In this document: piece after piece, positions 8,883 through 19,016 of the stretch
Numbering within the stretch: position 1 is the first letter of the stretch
Layout of the letters: each line of letters begins with the position of its first letter
Source of the DNA: Solirubrobacterales bacterium
GTDB lineage: Bacteria > Actinomycetota > Thermoleophilia > Solirubrobacterales > 70-9
Direction of reading: 5' to 3'
DNA: 64,000 bases
Assembly (NCBI GenBank): GCA_046091385.1
Contig: JBJTBP010000025.1
Span: 27,681 to 91,680, forward strand
Translations under genes and position numbers: made by a program
The notes under the pieces: model-generated
The model's database searches: none
What the model was told of the DNA's origin: nothing
Seen by the model: the letters and a program-made list of their open reading frames with translations, nothing else

Positions 8883-9832
8883 TCCGGCTTTCCCTGGGTC
8901 GGAAGGTCGGCGTAGGCGGCGACGATCCGCTGGACGAGGTGGTGGCGGACAACGTCCTCGCCACCGAATCGGATGAAGCGGACGTCTTCGACCCCCTCGA
9001 GTACCTCGCTGACCGTGACCAGGCCGGACTTGCGCTCACTCGGCAGGTCGATCTGGGTCACGTCGCCGGTCACCACCATCTTCGAGTTGTAGCCAAGCCT
9101 GGTCAGGAACATCTTCATCTGCTCGGGAGTCGTGTTCTGAGCCTCGTCGAGGATGATGAAGGCGTCGTTCAGGGTGCGGCCACGCATGAAGGCGAGTGGC
9201 GCCACCTCGATCACCCCGCTGGCGAAAAAGGCATTGACCCGGTCGGGGTCGAGCATGTCGTAGAGCGCGTCGAACAGCGGGCGGAGGTAGGGGTCGACCT
9301 TCGCCTGGAGGTCCCCGGGAAGGAAGCCGAGGCTCTCACCCGCCTCGACCGCCGGCCTGGTCTGGATTATCCGCTGGACGTCCCCCTTGACCAGGGCCGA
9401 GGCCGCCATTGCGACCGCGAGGAAGGTCTTGCCGGTGCCGGCGGGGCCGATCCCGAAAGTGATCGTCTCGCTCCGTATCGAGTCGACGTACTCCTTCTGG
9501 GTGGCAGTCCTGGGCATCACCTTCTTGCCCCGGTGCTCCCAGACCAGGTCCTCCAGCACCTCGCTCGGATCCTGGTCGGCCCGGAGCGCACTCTCGACCG
9601 AATCGAGAGTCGACGGGTCGACCTCATGGCCGTCCTGAATCAGGCCGACCATCTCATCCACAAGGCGAGCCGCCTCGTCCATCTCGGATTCGTCGCCCTC
9701 GAGGGTGAGCTGGTTCCCCCTCAGGTGCACCCGGCTGGTCGTCCTATCCCTCAAGGCGCGCAAGCCCGAGTCCCCCGAACCGGCGAGTTCCGCGGCCACC
9801 TCGTTCTCGAGGTTCAGCGTCCTACGCGCCAA
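8879..9832 (-). CDS. phoH: PhoH-like ATPase
   Basis: Walker A is GPAGTGKTFLAVAMA and Walker B is FIILDEAQN. 317 aa, with a 4-nt overlap with ybeY. Confidence 0.9.
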   Translation of the reverse strand: MARRTLNLENEVAAELAGSGDSGLRALRDRTTSRVHLRGNQLTLEGDESEMDEAARLVDEMVGLIQDGHEVDPSTLDSVESALRADQDPSEVLEDLVWEHRGKKVMPRTATQKEYVDSIRSETITFGIGPAGTGKTFLAVAMAASALVKGDVQRIIQTRPAVEAGESLGFLPGDLQAKVDPYLRPLFDALYDMLDPDRVNAFFASGVIEVAPLAFMRGRTLNDAFIILDEAQNTTPEQMKMFLTRLGYNSKMVVTGDVTQIDLPSERKSGLVTVSEVLEGVEDVRFIRFGGEDVVRHHLVQRIVAAYADLPTQGKPE

Positions 9833-10250
9833 GCCGTTCCCGCACCGCCGTGCTCAACCTCTGGCCGTCGGCCCTGCCGGCCGCGCGTTCCTTGAGCAGT
9901 CCCATCACCTTGCCCATGTCGGACGGCCCTTCGGCCCCGGTCTCGATCACGGCCTGATCGACCATCTCGGCGAGCTCGGCATCGTCGAGCTGCGCCGGTA
10001 GGTACCCGCCGATCAGCTCGGCCTCGTAGCGCTCATCGGCGGCCTGTTCGTCCCGGCCGGCCTCCTCGTAGGCCTCCGCAGCCTCGAGCCGCTTCTTCTG
10101 TTCACGCTGGAGGGCCGCGAGTTCATCGCCCTTGCCGAGCTTTACCTCCTGCTGGAGGACGTCCTGGATCATCCTCAGCGCAGCGGCTTTCCGGCGGTCG
10201 CCCTCCTTGAGGGCCGCCTGTGCATCTGCCTTGACCGTCTCGGCGATCAC
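9822..10250 (-). CDS. yqeY: GatB/YqeY domain protein
   Basis: The C-terminal 142 aa of track ORF 9822..10514 read VIAETVKADAQAALKEGDRRKAAALRMIQ...MGKVMGLLKERAAGRADGQRLSTAVRERL, which is typical of YqeY. I take the start at GTG 10250. The upstream part of the track ORF is Ser/Arg/Pro-rich and overlaps murI. The exact start is uncertain. Confidence 0.7.
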   Translation of the reverse strand: MIAETVKADAQAALKEGDRRKAAALRMIQDVLQQEVKLGKGDELAALQREQKKRLEAAEAYEEAGRDEQAADERYEAELIGGYLPAQLDDAELAEMVDQAVIETGAEGPSDMGKVMGLLKERAAGRADGQRLSTAVRERLGA

Positions 10251-10308
10251 TCCCGAAGCGGAGCGGCAGAGGGTGCCAGAGACCCGAGGGTGCCCGGGTT
10301 TGACCCGG

Positions 10309-11154
10309 TCACGGTACGTCCACCCGCTCCACCCGCCCGACCAGGGGAAGCTGGAGGAACCGGGTTCCCAGTTCGACGAAGGAATCGACCTCCCCGGTGA
10401 CCAGGAAGTGGTAGCCACCCTCACGGTCCCCCGGGGCGAGGTTGCCCGATCCTGCGAGGGTCCGCTGGACGACCGCCGCGATCGCGTGGCCGGCCGAGAC
10501 GAGGCGGACGTCACGACCGAGGAGACGCTGGAGCATCGGGGCGACCAGCGGGTAGTGGGTGCAGCCGAGGATCAGGGTGTCGACCCTGGCCTCGCGAAGC
10601 GGTCGGCAGTAACCCCTGACCGTGTCGAGGACCTCGTCGTCGAACGGCTGGCCGCGTTGGATGATCGAGGCGAGGTCGGGCGCCTCCACCTCGGTCACCA
10701 CGAGAGGCCGGCCGACGCCCACGAGCGCCTTCCGGTAGGCCCCGCTGGAGACCGTTGCCGGCGTCGCGAGGACACCGATCCGACCCGAGTCGGAGATCGA
10801 GGCGGCGATCTCGGCCTCGGGACCGATCACGGTCACGGTGTCGACCCCTTCGCCGGCGGCGAGCTCGGTGATCGAATCAGCGGCGGCCGCCGTTGCCGAA
10901 TTGCAGGCGACGACGAGGAGGCTTACCCCCCTGTCGAGCATGTAGCGGGTCACCTCGGCGGTCCGTTGGCGGAGCTCCTCCCTGGACTTGGTGCCGTAGG
11001 GAAATTGCCCGCTATCCCCGAGGTAGAGGAAGTCCTCACCCGGAAGCGAGATCAGGCACTCATGGAGGACCGTGAGGCCTCCGACGCCCGAGTCGATCAG
11101 GCCGATCGGACGGCCCGTGCCGCGTCCCGCGCTTGTCTGCTTGACCTGGTTCAC
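10309..11154 (-). CDS. murI: glutamate racemase
   Basis: Motifs are IGLIDSGVGGLTVL, VVACNSATA and LILGCTHYP, which contain the two catalytic Cys contexts. Confidence 0.9.
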   Translation of the reverse strand: MNQVKQTSAGRGTGRPIGLIDSGVGGLTVLHECLISLPGEDFLYLGDSGQFPYGTKSREELRQRTAEVTRYMLDRGVSLLVVACNSATAAAADSITELAAGEGVDTVTVIGPEAEIAASISDSGRIGVLATPATVSSGAYRKALVGVGRPLVVTEVEAPDLASIIQRGQPFDDEVLDTVRGYCRPLREARVDTLILGCTHYPLVAPMLQRLLGRDVRLVSAGHAIAAVVQRTLAGSGNLAPGDREGGYHFLVTGEVDSFVELGTRFLQLPLVGRVERVDVP

Positions 11155-11981
11155 GATTCGAGGAGAAGGCCCGACCAGCCTTCTGACTCCCCGGTTGCCG
11201 TCGCTTTGAATCCGAGGCTCCCGAACGAATCCCCGACCCTTTCACGCTCGGCCGCGAGGAAGCCCGAACAGGCGATCCTGGCGGGGAGTTTGCCGTCAGC
11301 GAGGCGCCCGGCAAGGGTGGTCAGCAGCGGTCCGGTCAGGTTGGCCACAAAAGTCACGGCCTCCGGCAATGGGTCGGACCTGAGGTCGAACTCGGAGACG
11401 ACCGGTTCCGTGCGGTTCAGGGAAGCGTTTGCCCCGGTTGCCTCGACCGCCGCGCGCTCGCTATCGAGCGCGAGCACCGGATCGAAGCCGAGCCGGGCTG
11501 CTGCAATCGCGAGCACTCCCGAACCGGTGCCAATGTCGGCGAGGACACCCCCGGCCTCGCCGCGCTCGGCGAGGTCCAGGAGGAATGAGAGACAGATCCG
11601 GGTGGTCGGGTGGGCTCCGGTTCCAAAAGCCATCCCGGGGTCGATCACCACGGCCTCCCCACCCGGAGTCTCGGACCAGGGCGGCCCGATCCAGATAGAG
11701 CTCCCACCGCTCGAGGAAGCGACGGTTACCGGGCGATGGAACTCCTTCCACCTCGTCTCCCAGCCCTCGTCGACCCTGGAGGAAGAGAGCGCGACCCTGG
11801 ATCCGCCCAGGCTGGCTTCCAGCTCCCCGACCTCGGGCAGTTCCCCCTCCGCTCCGTAGATCGCGAACTCGACCGAGTCGCCGTCGTCGACCTGCTCCAC
11901 CCCTCCCGGGGCGAGGACGGAGAGCTCGGCGAGCACGAACTCGGCCTGCTCGTGCTGGCAGCGGACGGAGAGCCTGATCAA
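11151..11981 (-). CDS. prmA: ribosomal protein L11 methyltransferase
   Basis: Motifs are IDPGMAFGTGAHPTTRICL and the SAM motif VLADIGTGSGVLAIAA. I take the start at TTG 11981 (MIRLSVRC), 2 nt after the dnaJ stop. The track ORF extends 75 codons into dnaJ. Confidence 0.8.
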   Translation of the reverse strand: MIRLSVRCQHEQAEFVLAELSVLAPGGVEQVDDGDSVEFAIYGAEGELPEVGELEASLGGSRVALSSSRVDEGWETRWKEFHRPVTVASSSGGSSIWIGPPWSETPGGEAVVIDPGMAFGTGAHPTTRICLSFLLDLAERGEAGGVLADIGTGSGVLAIAAARLGFDPVLALDSERAAVEATGANASLNRTEPVVSEFDLRSDPLPEAVTFVANLTGPLLTTLAGRLADGKLPARIACSGFLAAERERVGDSFGSLGFKATATGESEGWSGLLLES

Positions 11982-11982
11982 G

Positions 11983-13101
11983 CTAGCCCCGACCCTGGCG
12001 CCACCGTCTGAGCCGGGAGACGAACGAACCACCCGCCTGCTCACGGTTCTCGTCGGTGAGGCTTTCGTCGAGACGAGCCGCGAGTTCACGCTGCCCTTCA
12101 TCGAGGGCACCGGGCACCAGGACGTCGAAGAGGATTCGGTGGTCACCGCGCATGGTGGAATCGCCGAGCTCGGGAAGGCCGTGCCCCCGGAGGCGCTTCT
12201 CGGCACCTGGCTGGGTCCCGGGCTCTACCTCGACCTCGACCGGTCCGTCGATCGTCTCGACTTCGATCTCGCCTCCGAGCATCGCCCGGGTCGCGTCGAT
12301 CGTGGCCGCCGAGACCAGGTCGCGACCGTCGCGGGTGAAGCGGTCGTCGACCAGCTCGACCGTCACGTAGAGATCGCCCGAGTGGGCGCCCGGTTCACCG
12401 GCATGACCGGCGCCCGCAACCCGGATGCTCTGGTCGTCCTCGATCCCGGGCGGGATGGTCACCTTCCACGCCTTCCGGGTGTGCTTGCGGCCGAGCCCCG
12501 AGCACTCCCTGCAGGGTGACTCTGCGGCCCGTCCGCCGCCTCCGCAGGCAGGGCACGGGCTCGCCCGGACGATCCGCCCGAACGGGGTCGAGGCGACCGA
12601 CCTGCGTTCGCCGGAGCCACCGCACTCGGGGCATTCGGTGATCGGGGTCCCGGGTTCGGCCCCGTTGCCCCTGCAGTCCGGGCAGGTGTCGACCGCCTCG
12701 AACTCGACCTCACGCTCGGCCCCCTCGAGCACGTCGTCGAGGGTTATTCGCTCCCGCACCGCGACATCGGCTCCCGGAGCCGGACCACGCTGGCCGAACC
12801 CCGAGCCACCGAAGAAGGCGCTGAACAGGTCCTCGAACGATCCAAAGGAGGCACTGCGAGGGTCGAAGCCCGAGCTGCGCAGGCCTTCCGGACCGAACCG
12901 GTCGTAGGTGTTTCGACGTTCCTGGTCAGAGAGGACTTCGTAGGCCTCGGCTGCCTCCTTGAACTTCTCCTCGGCCTGCGGATCATGGTCGTTGACGTCC
13001 GGGTGGAGCTCCCGGGCGATCTGGCGAAAGGCCCGCTTGATCTCGCTGTCGGATGCGTCCCGGCCGACGCCGAGGACTTCGTAGTAGTCCCGAACGGTCA
13101 T
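11983..13101 (-). CDS. dnaJ: chaperone DnaJ
   Basis: The J domain reads DYYEVLGVGRDASDSEIKRAFRQIARELHPDVN. There are four CxxCxGxG zinc motifs: CPDCRGNG, CPECGGSG, CPACGGGG and CRECSGLG. Confidence 0.93.
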   Translation of the reverse strand: MTVRDYYEVLGVGRDASDSEIKRAFRQIARELHPDVNDHDPQAEEKFKEAAEAYEVLSDQERRNTYDRFGPEGLRSSGFDPRSASFGSFEDLFSAFFGGSGFGQRGPAPGADVAVRERITLDDVLEGAEREVEFEAVDTCPDCRGNGAEPGTPITECPECGGSGERRSVASTPFGRIVRASPCPACGGGGRAAESPCRECSGLGRKHTRKAWKVTIPPGIEDDQSIRVAGAGHAGEPGAHSGDLYVTVELVDDRFTRDGRDLVSAATIDATRAMLGGEIEVETIDGPVEVEVEPGTQPGAEKRLRGHGLPELGDSTMRGDHRILFDVLVPGALDEGQRELAARLDESLTDENREQAGGSFVSRLRRWRQGRG

Positions 13102-14120
13102 CCGTAGACGTGCTCGAAGTATCGCGAGAGTTCCCTCGATGCCTCACGGACGGCCGCTATGGCGGTCTCGTAATCCATCCTCGTCGGCCCGACCACGCCG
13201 ACCGATCCGAGGTTCCGGTGGGGCAGGCCGTAATTGGCCCCAACGACGCTGACCGAACGGAGTTCCGGCCGGGGGTTCTCCCCTCCGATCCAGAGGAAGA
13301 CCGAGCGCTCGTCGATCGCCGAACGCATCATCCCGAGCACCGCTGCACGCTGCTCGAGTGCGGTCATCAGGCGATCGACCTCGGGCAGGTCGGCCGCCCG
13401 CCCGGACTCGAGAAGCCTGCCCGTACCCTCGATGTAGAGAGCCGGTTCATCGGTCCGTTCGAGGTCGAACACGGCCGGCGCCAGCCGTCCGAGGAACTCG
13501 GACTCGGCCCTCCCGAGGGTCGGCTCGGAGAGCAACGAGGCGATCCTCCGTGCCCCGACGTCGGTCCCGGCAAGGACCTCGTTCAGGTAGCTCGATGCCC
13601 ACTCGACCAGTCCCGGATCGACGTCCGAAGGGAAGGTGAATGCCCGCTTGGTCACGTCGCCGGCCGAGCTGATCACCACGACCATGACGGTGTCGGGACG
13701 GAGAAGCAGGGCCTCGACCCTGTGGATCGTCGCGGTACCGATCGGCGGAGCGACCACGAGAGCGAGCAGGTCGGTCATCTGGGAGAGGGCCGCGGTCGCC
13801 TCCCGCATCGCGGCATCAGCCTCTTCCCGGAGCCGGAGCAGGTCGAGTCCGACCGGCTCTGCCGGAGTCCGCTCGACTTCCGAAGCGAGCGCCTCCACGT
13901 ACTCCCGATAACCGCGATCCGTCGGGACCCTCCCGGCGGAAGTGTGAGGGTGACTCAGGCAGCCCTGCTCCTCGAGCGCAGCGAGCTCGGCCCGGACGGT
14001 CGAGGGGCTGCAGTCGAGCCGGGGTGATGAAGCGATCGCCTTCGATCCGACCGGACGGCCGGTCTCGAGGTATTTCTCGACGACGAGGCCGAGCACGGTC
14101 TCCTGGCGGGCTGAGAGCAC
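13098..14120 (-). CDS. hrcA: heat-inducible transcription repressor HrcA
   Basis: The N-terminal winged-helix region reads LSARQETVLGLVVEKYLETGRPVGSKAIA. 340 aa, GTG start, 4-nt overlap with dnaJ. This is the actinobacterial hrcA-dnaJ arrangement without grpE-dnaK. Confidence 0.92.
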   Translation of the reverse strand: MLSARQETVLGLVVEKYLETGRPVGSKAIASSPRLDCSPSTVRAELAALEEQGCLSHPHTSAGRVPTDRGYREYVEALASEVERTPAEPVGLDLLRLREEADAAMREATAALSQMTDLLALVVAPPIGTATIHRVEALLLRPDTVMVVVISSAGDVTKRAFTFPSDVDPGLVEWASSYLNEVLAGTDVGARRIASLLSEPTLGRAESEFLGRLAPAVFDLERTDEPALYIEGTGRLLESGRAADLPEVDRLMTALEQRAAVLGMMRSAIDERSVFLWIGGENPRPELRSVSVVGANYGLPHRNLGSVGVVGPTRMDYETAIAAVREASRELSRYFEHVYG

Positions 14121-14127
14121 GTCCTGG

Positions 14128-14158
14128 ATTCTACGGCCGGTCGTTGCCGGGTTGGCAA
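14128..14158 (-). promoter_or_regulatory. candidate hrcA-dnaJ promoter: TTGCCA -N19- TAGAAT, 7 nt before the GTG start (possible leaderless mRNA)
   Basis: The minus strand reads cgTTGCCAacccggcaacgaccggccgTAGAATccaggacGTG. An AT-rich TANNNT hexamer is conspicuous in this GC-rich DNA. This is motif-level evidence only. Confidence 0.35.
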
Positions 14159-14160
14159 CG
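14142..14160. promoter_or_regulatory. perfect inverted repeat CGTTGCC-N5-GGCAACG overlapping the putative -35 of hrcA
   Basis: Read directly: 7-bp arms and a 5-nt spacer, 16 nt downstream of the MaoC-gene stop and 22 nt upstream of the hrcA start. No U-tract follows it on the minus strand, so it is not a canonical terminator. Confidence 0.5.
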
Positions 14161-14175
14161 CAGACCGCTGGGGTT

Positions 14176-14574
14176 TCAGGCGCGGACCGTAGCGGTCGAG
14201 TTCCGGATGACCTCGCGGTCGCCCTGGGTCGCTACGAGGTCGAGCTCGACCCGATCGCCCTCGACCGCGGTCACGGTCCCGGTGACAGAGATCTCCTCCT
14301 CGGGGAAGCCCATCCCGCGGAACTGGACCGAGAGTGACCCGAGCCGACGGGGGTCCCCACCGGCGAAGTCCGTTGCCGCCTTCGAGACGAGCCCCATCAT
14401 GTAGAGCCCGTGGAGGATCGCACCGGGCAGGCCGACCGACTTGGCGAACTCCGGGTCGACGTGGATCGGGTTGAAGTCACCCGACGCCCCGGCATACCGA
14501 ACCGGCAGGTACCGGTCGGGGGTTACGGTGAGGCCCGGGATGGTCTCGCCCTCGGAAGCCGGGGAGGACATCAC
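14176..14574 (-). CDS. MaoC-like (R)-specific enoyl-CoA/ACP hydratase, HadB-like hot-dog subunit
   Basis: The motif GASGDFNPIHVDPEFAKSVGLPGAILHGLYMMG is the MaoC dehydratase active-site region. It overlaps the upstream partner gene by 4 nt. Confidence 0.8.
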   Translation of the reverse strand: MMSSPASEGETIPGLTVTPDRYLPVRYAGASGDFNPIHVDPEFAKSVGLPGAILHGLYMMGLVSKAATDFAGGDPRRLGSLSVQFRGMGFPEEEISVTGTVTAVEGDRVELDLVATQGDREVIRNSTATVRA

Positions 14575-15020
14575 TCTCCCCTCACGATGTTGGTCCAGAT
14601 GCCACGGACGGTCTCGGCGCCTTCCCCGTTGACCGAGACCGACTCGAATACGTAGAAGCCCTTGCCGTCGCGCTCCTCGATCGAGGCGCAGGTGGCGGTG
14701 GTCGTGATCAGGTCCCCCGAACAGACCGGCTCGGACCAGTCGAAGCTCTGGGCACCGTGGACCATTCGGGCGAAGGCCATTCCGACCTCGGGGTCGAAGA
14801 TCGCCGGGGCCATCGCCCCGGCCGAATAGACGACGCAGAACATCGGCGGGGCAACGACGTCCCTGAAGCCCGCCTCGCGAGCGGCCCCGGGGTCGAGGTA
14901 GATCGGATCGTCGAAACCGACGGCGAGCGCGTATTCCCGGATCTTCTCCCTGCCCACCTCGTACTCGAAGGGCGGAAACGACTTGCCGACTGCTGCGGTC
15001 TCGAGCTCCATCGGCGCCAA
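14571..15020 (-). CDS. HadA-like / UPF0336 hot-dog fold partner subunit of the MaoC dehydratase
   Basis: 149 aa beginning AVGKSFPPFEYEVGREKIREYALAVGFDDPIYLDPGAAREAGFRDVVAPPMF, typical of the non-catalytic N-terminal MaoC-like subunit. It is translationally coupled to the downstream MaoC gene. Confidence 0.7.
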   Translation of the reverse strand: MAPMELETAAVGKSFPPFEYEVGREKIREYALAVGFDDPIYLDPGAAREAGFRDVVAPPMFCVVYSAGAMAPAIFDPEVGMAFARMVHGAQSFDWSEPVCSGDLITTTATCASIEERDGKGFYVFESVSVNGEGAETVRGIWTNIVRGE

Positions 15021-15047
15021 CCTAGCACCGCACCACGGGGCCAGGGT

Positions 15048-16841
15048 TCAGTCGTCTATCTCGAGCACGGTCAGGAAAGCCTCCTGGGGAACCTCGACCC
15101 GCCCGACGTTCTTCATCCGCTTCTTGCCCTTCTTCTGCTTCTCGAGGAGCTTCCGCTTCCGGGTCACATCACCCCCATAGAGCTTCGCGGTTACGTCCTT
15201 CCTGACCGCCTTGACCGTCTCCCGGGCGAGGATCCGCGATCCGACCGCGGCCTGGACGGCGATGTCGAACTGCTGACGGGGAATCGTCTTCCGGAGCCTC
15301 TCGACCAGGACCTTCCCCTGGGCATAGGCCGCATCGCGGTGGGCGATGACCGAAAGCGCGTCGACCCGATCGCCGGCCAGAAGGACGTCGACCTTGACCA
15401 GGTCGGATTCCCGATCCCCGATCGGCTCGTAGTCGAGCGAGGCGTATCCCTTGGTCGAGGACTTGAGCTGGTCGAAGAAGTCGAGCACGACCTCGGCGAG
15501 CGGCAGGTCGTACCGGATCTGGACCCGGTCGGTACTCAGGTAGTCCATGCCGACATGCTCGCCACGCTTGGACTGGCAGAGCTCCATCACCGGCCCCACG
15601 TAGGCGGATGGGGCGATTATCGTCGCCCGGATGCAGGGTTCGAAGATCGATTCGATCGTGCCGGGATCGGGCATCTCGGCCGGGCTCCTCATCTCGACCT
15701 CCGACCCGTCGGTCAGATCGACCCGGTAACGGACGGTCGGACTGGTCGCGAGCAGCTCGAGTCCGTACTCGCGCTCGAGCCTCTCCCGGACGATCTCCAT
15801 GTGGAGCAGACCGAGGAAGCCGCACCGGAAACCGAAGCCCAGCGCATCGGAGGTCTCGGGCTGCCAGCTGAGGGCCGCATCGTTCAGGCCCATCCGGTCG
15901 AGGGCATCTCGCAGGTCCTCGTAACGGTCGGTGTCGATCGGGAACAGTCCGCAGAAGACCATCGGCTTCACTTCGCGGTAGCCGGCCAGAGGCTCGGCGG
16001 CCGGCAGGGCGAGGTCGGTCAGGGTGTCACCAACCCGGAGCTTCGCCACGTCCTTTATCCCGGTGATCACGTAGCCCACCTCGCCGGTCGTGATCTCGGT
16101 CTCAGGGGACATTTCGGGCCGGAAGAAGCCGAGGTCGTCGAGTTCGGCGACCGTCCCGGTCTGCATCGCCTCGACCGACTGGCCCTTGGCGAAGGCGCCG
16201 TCGACCATCCGGACGTAGGCGACCACACCCCGGTACTGGTCGAACTCGGAATCGAAGATGAGCGCACGAGGCGGTGCCTTCGGATCTCCCCCCGGGGGCG
16301 GGATCCGCTCGACTATCGCCTCGAGGACCTCGGGCACTCCCTCGCCGGTCTTGGCGGAGATCCTCAGGATGCCCTCCGGATCGACCCCGAGCAGTTCGGA
16401 AACCTCGGCGGCGACCCGTTCCGGCTCGGCCCCCGGGAGGTCGACCTTGTTGAGGACGGGGATCAACTCGAGTCCGTTCTCGATCGCCAGGTAGGTGTTG
16501 GCGACCGTCTGCGCCTCGACTCCCTGGGCGGCATCGACTACCAGCAGGGCGCCTTCGCAGGCGGCGAGGCTCCTCGAGACCTCGTAGGAGAAGTCGACGT
16601 GTCCCGGAGTGTCGATCAGGTGGAGGTGGTAAGCATGTCCGTCCGCTGCCTCGAAGTCGACCCGGACGGCCTGGGCCTTGATCGTTATCCCCCTCTCCCG
16701 TTCCAGATCCATCGAGTCGAGGACCTGCTCGCGCATCTTCTTGGGATCGACGGCCCCGGTCAGCTCGAGGATCCGGTCGGCAAGGGTCGACTTGCCGTGG
16801 TCGATGTGGGCGATTATCGAGAAGTTCCTGATCCGTTCCAT
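15048..16841 (-). CDS. lepA: elongation factor 4 (LepA)
   Basis: The start is [26 protein letters not shown] (ATG at 16841); the 38 upstream track codons are dropped. It has a translational GTPase G domain and the C-terminal LepA region ...[14 protein letters not shown]. Confidence 0.93.
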   Translation of the reverse strand: MERIRNFSIIAHIDHGKSTLADRILELTGAVDPKKMREQVLDSMDLERERGITIKAQAVRVDFEAADGHAYHLHLIDTPGHVDFSYEVSRSLAACEGALLVVDAAQGVEAQTVANTYLAIENGLELIPVLNKVDLPGAEPERVAAEVSELLGVDPEGILRISAKTGEGVPEVLEAIVERIPPPGGDPKAPPRALIFDSEFDQYRGVVAYVRMVDGAFAKGQSVEAMQTGTVAELDDLGFFRPEMSPETEITTGEVGYVITGIKDVAKLRVGDTLTDLALPAAEPLAGYREVKPMVFCGLFPIDTDRYEDLRDALDRMGLNDAALSWQPETSDALGFGFRCGFLGLLHMEIVRERLEREYGLELLATSPTVRYRVDLTDGSEVEMRSPAEMPDPGTIESIFEPCIRATIIAPSAYVGPVMELCQSKRGEHVGMDYLSTDRVQIRYDLPLAEVVLDFFDQLKSSTKGYASLDYEPIGDRESDLVKVDVLLAGDRVDALSVIAHRDAAYAQGKVLVERLRKTIPRQQFDIAVQAAVGSRILARETVKAVRKDVTAKLYGGDVTRKRKLLEKQKKGKKRMKNVGRVEVPQEAFLTVLEIDD

Positions 16842-16941
16842 GTTCGGTCGCCCCGTTAGCGGACCGGCTGCCTGCCCGGGAGCTGCCCGGCGGCCCCGGT
16901 ACGAGGGACTCGACCGCAGTATGGCGGGGTACCGGAGCCGC

Positions 16942-18954
16942 TCACCGGCAGCCATCCGGGTCGAGGCGACCGTCCAGCTCGAATACTGCGGTCGGAGGCT
17001 GGCGGAAAACCGGCATCGCGGCGGGATCCCCCGAGATCCAGGCGACCTCCTCCGGATAGTCGCGGGCTACGCCCTCGCGATCGAGGGAGAGGACCAGGTA
17101 CCGGTACCGGCCCGCATTGACCAGGCGACGAAAGGTCCGGCAATCACCCGCTTCGATCAGGCCTCCCGAGGAAGTCCTGACCCCTGGGATATCGACCCGA
17201 CGGGAGAGGTCGTCACCCCTGAAGGGAGAGGAACGGGTGGCGGTACTCGCGAGCGGGCCCGGTCCCACCGAATTGGCCCAGGCGAAAGCCCGATCGAGCC
17301 CGGGCACGGTGAAGGACGGCTCCCGGTACCGGTCGCGGTCGTACCTCGAGGAGACCTGGAAACCGACCACCACGAGTACGGCAGCGCCGGCCATTCCGGC
17401 AGCGACCAGGTAGCCGGGTTTGGGCCGCTCGATCCCGCGCCGCCCCAGGGCCTTCCAGGCGACGAAGGCAAAGGTCAGCGCCAGGACCACGACGAAGATC
17501 ACGATGGCGACCCAATCCCAGGTGCGGCCGTCGAGCACGCCGACGAGGGAGAGGATCGCGATCGCAACCAGGATCGCCCAGCCGACTCGGGAGCCCCAGC
17601 CACGGACGGCCGGGCCGAGCAGGGCGAACCCGATCGCCAGCCCCGGCACCAGGTACCGAAGTCCCGAGACGAAGCCGAGCGGCTCGCCCGCGGGGCCGGA
17701 GGCCGAGGTCGGGCCGACCAGCCAGGCAAGGATCACCGCCAGGGCGACTACCGCGCCCAGCCTGACCGCTGCCGAGGCCGGTCGGAACAGGGCCAGGACC
17801 ACCCCGGCGACGCCCAGCAACAGGACGATCGGCCAGAGGGAACCGAACCCCTCCGCCAGACCCGGGAGGAACCAGTCCGAGATGACCGTCCCATCCAGGG
17901 CGTAGTTCAGGACGGAGCCGGCCTCGCGGCCTCCCGTCTCCTGAACCGGCCCGGGCAGCTCGACCCCGAGCAGCCGGTCTCCGGCGGTCCAGGGAAGCGG
18001 GTTGCCCCCTTCGACCAGATTCCGCAAGTACCAGAACCCTCCGGTCAGGAGTCCTCCCCCGACCGTCGCGCCGAGGGTCTTGAGCCTGCTTCCGGAGGTA
18101 GCGAGCAGGGCCGGTCCGATCGCGAGGACGGCCGCGGCGGGGATGAAGTTGAGTTTGGTCCCCGCGGCCATTCCGGCCGCGAGGCCGACCAGCAGGGCGC
18201 TCCCCAGAGCGTTATCGGACCACCGTTCCCGACTGACCAGGGCCGCGATCCCGGCCAGCAGGAAGAAGGCCCCGGCGAGGTCGTTCCGGGCCTCCCCGAA
18301 CTGGTCGCCAAAGGCAGCCGAACAGCCCAGGACGAGGGCTGTCCCGGCCACCGAGACCGGACCGGCAATCCCGCCGAAAGGTCGCGCGATCACCCAGGCC
18401 GCGAAAAGCGAGCCGGCGAGAAAAGCCGAGTTCAGGAAGAGCGAGGGTAGGTCCCCTCCCCAGGCCGATCCGGCGACCGAATGGAGCAGCTCCGAGCCGT
18501 GCGGGTAGAACCAGGTCAGGAACTGGGGAGTCGTGAAATGGAGGGAGAAGGTCTCTCCGGTACGGGCCAGCTCGGCCGCGATCGGGCCGTGGTACCAGGT
18601 CGAATCGAACCCGGTCATCCCGGTCCCGACCCGATCCCAGGCACCGGTCAGCGAAGCGGCAAGGCCGAGGCCGACCGGAAGCGCCGCGAGGGCTACCTGG
18701 CCCACGGTCGCCCGGTCTGCCGAGCCCGCGGTGCCGGCATCCGCTTCGGCGCCCGAAGGGACGGGGACCAGAAGGGCGAGGGCAACCGCGAGCAGGGCCA
18801 GTACGACGACCACTGCCCAGGAGGAAAGGAGTCCGGGCAGGCCGACCAGCATCGCGACCACCGTCACCGAGGCGAGGGAGCCGACCAGGGCTGCCAGTGC
18901 CAGGGGGGCGCCGGTCCAGTCGGGAACCAGCCGTCTCGCCAGGAGGGTGCCCAA
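16942..18954 (-). CDS. large polytopic membrane protein (~12-14 predicted TM segments) with ~150-aa C-terminal soluble domain; possibly GT-C-type glycosyltransferase-like
   Basis: 670 aa with a TTG start. There are long runs of hydrophobic helices and a first loop reading [29 protein letters not shown]. The C-terminal region is hydrophilic ([19 protein letters not shown]...[13 protein letters not shown]...). The coding call is solid; the functional label is a guess from architecture only. Confidence 0.5.
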   Translation of the reverse strand: MGTLLARRLVPDWTGAPLALAALVGSLASVTVVAMLVGLPGLLSSWAVVVVLALLAVALALLVPVPSGAEADAGTAGSADRATVGQVALAALPVGLGLAASLTGAWDRVGTGMTGFDSTWYHGPIAAELARTGETFSLHFTTPQFLTWFYPHGSELLHSVAGSAWGGDLPSLFLNSAFLAGSLFAAWVIARPFGGIAGPVSVAGTALVLGCSAAFGDQFGEARNDLAGAFFLLAGIAALVSRERWSDNALGSALLVGLAAGMAAGTKLNFIPAAAVLAIGPALLATSGSRLKTLGATVGGGLLTGGFWYLRNLVEGGNPLPWTAGDRLLGVELPGPVQETGGREAGSVLNYALDGTVISDWFLPGLAEGFGSLWPIVLLLGVAGVVLALFRPASAAVRLGAVVALAVILAWLVGPTSASGPAGEPLGFVSGLRYLVPGLAIGFALLGPAVRGWGSRVGWAILVAIAILSLVGVLDGRTWDWVAIVIFVVVLALTFAFVAWKALGRRGIERPKPGYLVAAGMAGAAVLVVVGFQVSSRYDRDRYREPSFTVPGLDRAFAWANSVGPGPLASTATRSSPFRGDDLSRRVDIPGVRTSSGGLIEAGDCRTFRRLVNAGRYRYLVLSLDREGVARDYPEEVAWISGDPAAMPVFRQPPTAVFELDGRLDPDGCR

Positions 18955-19016
18955 TGCCCCGGCGGCGAGGACCAGGGCGACGAGGGCCAGGAGCGACCCG
19001 AGGTATCCGAGGGCGC

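Noticed and set aside
14121-14175. Expected CIRCE (HrcA operator) upstream of hrcA-dnaJ
   Set aside because: No sequence resembling TTAGCACTC-N9-GAGTGCTAA is present. Only the unrelated CGTTGCC/GGCAACG dyad is there, and it is reported separately.
14757-16859. 700-aa plus-strand ORF antisense to lepA
   Set aside because: The opposite strand encodes an unmistakable EF4/LepA. The plus-strand product is a low-complexity Asp/Gly/Arg/Leu/Pro-rich string with no motif. This is a typical high-GC shadow ORF.
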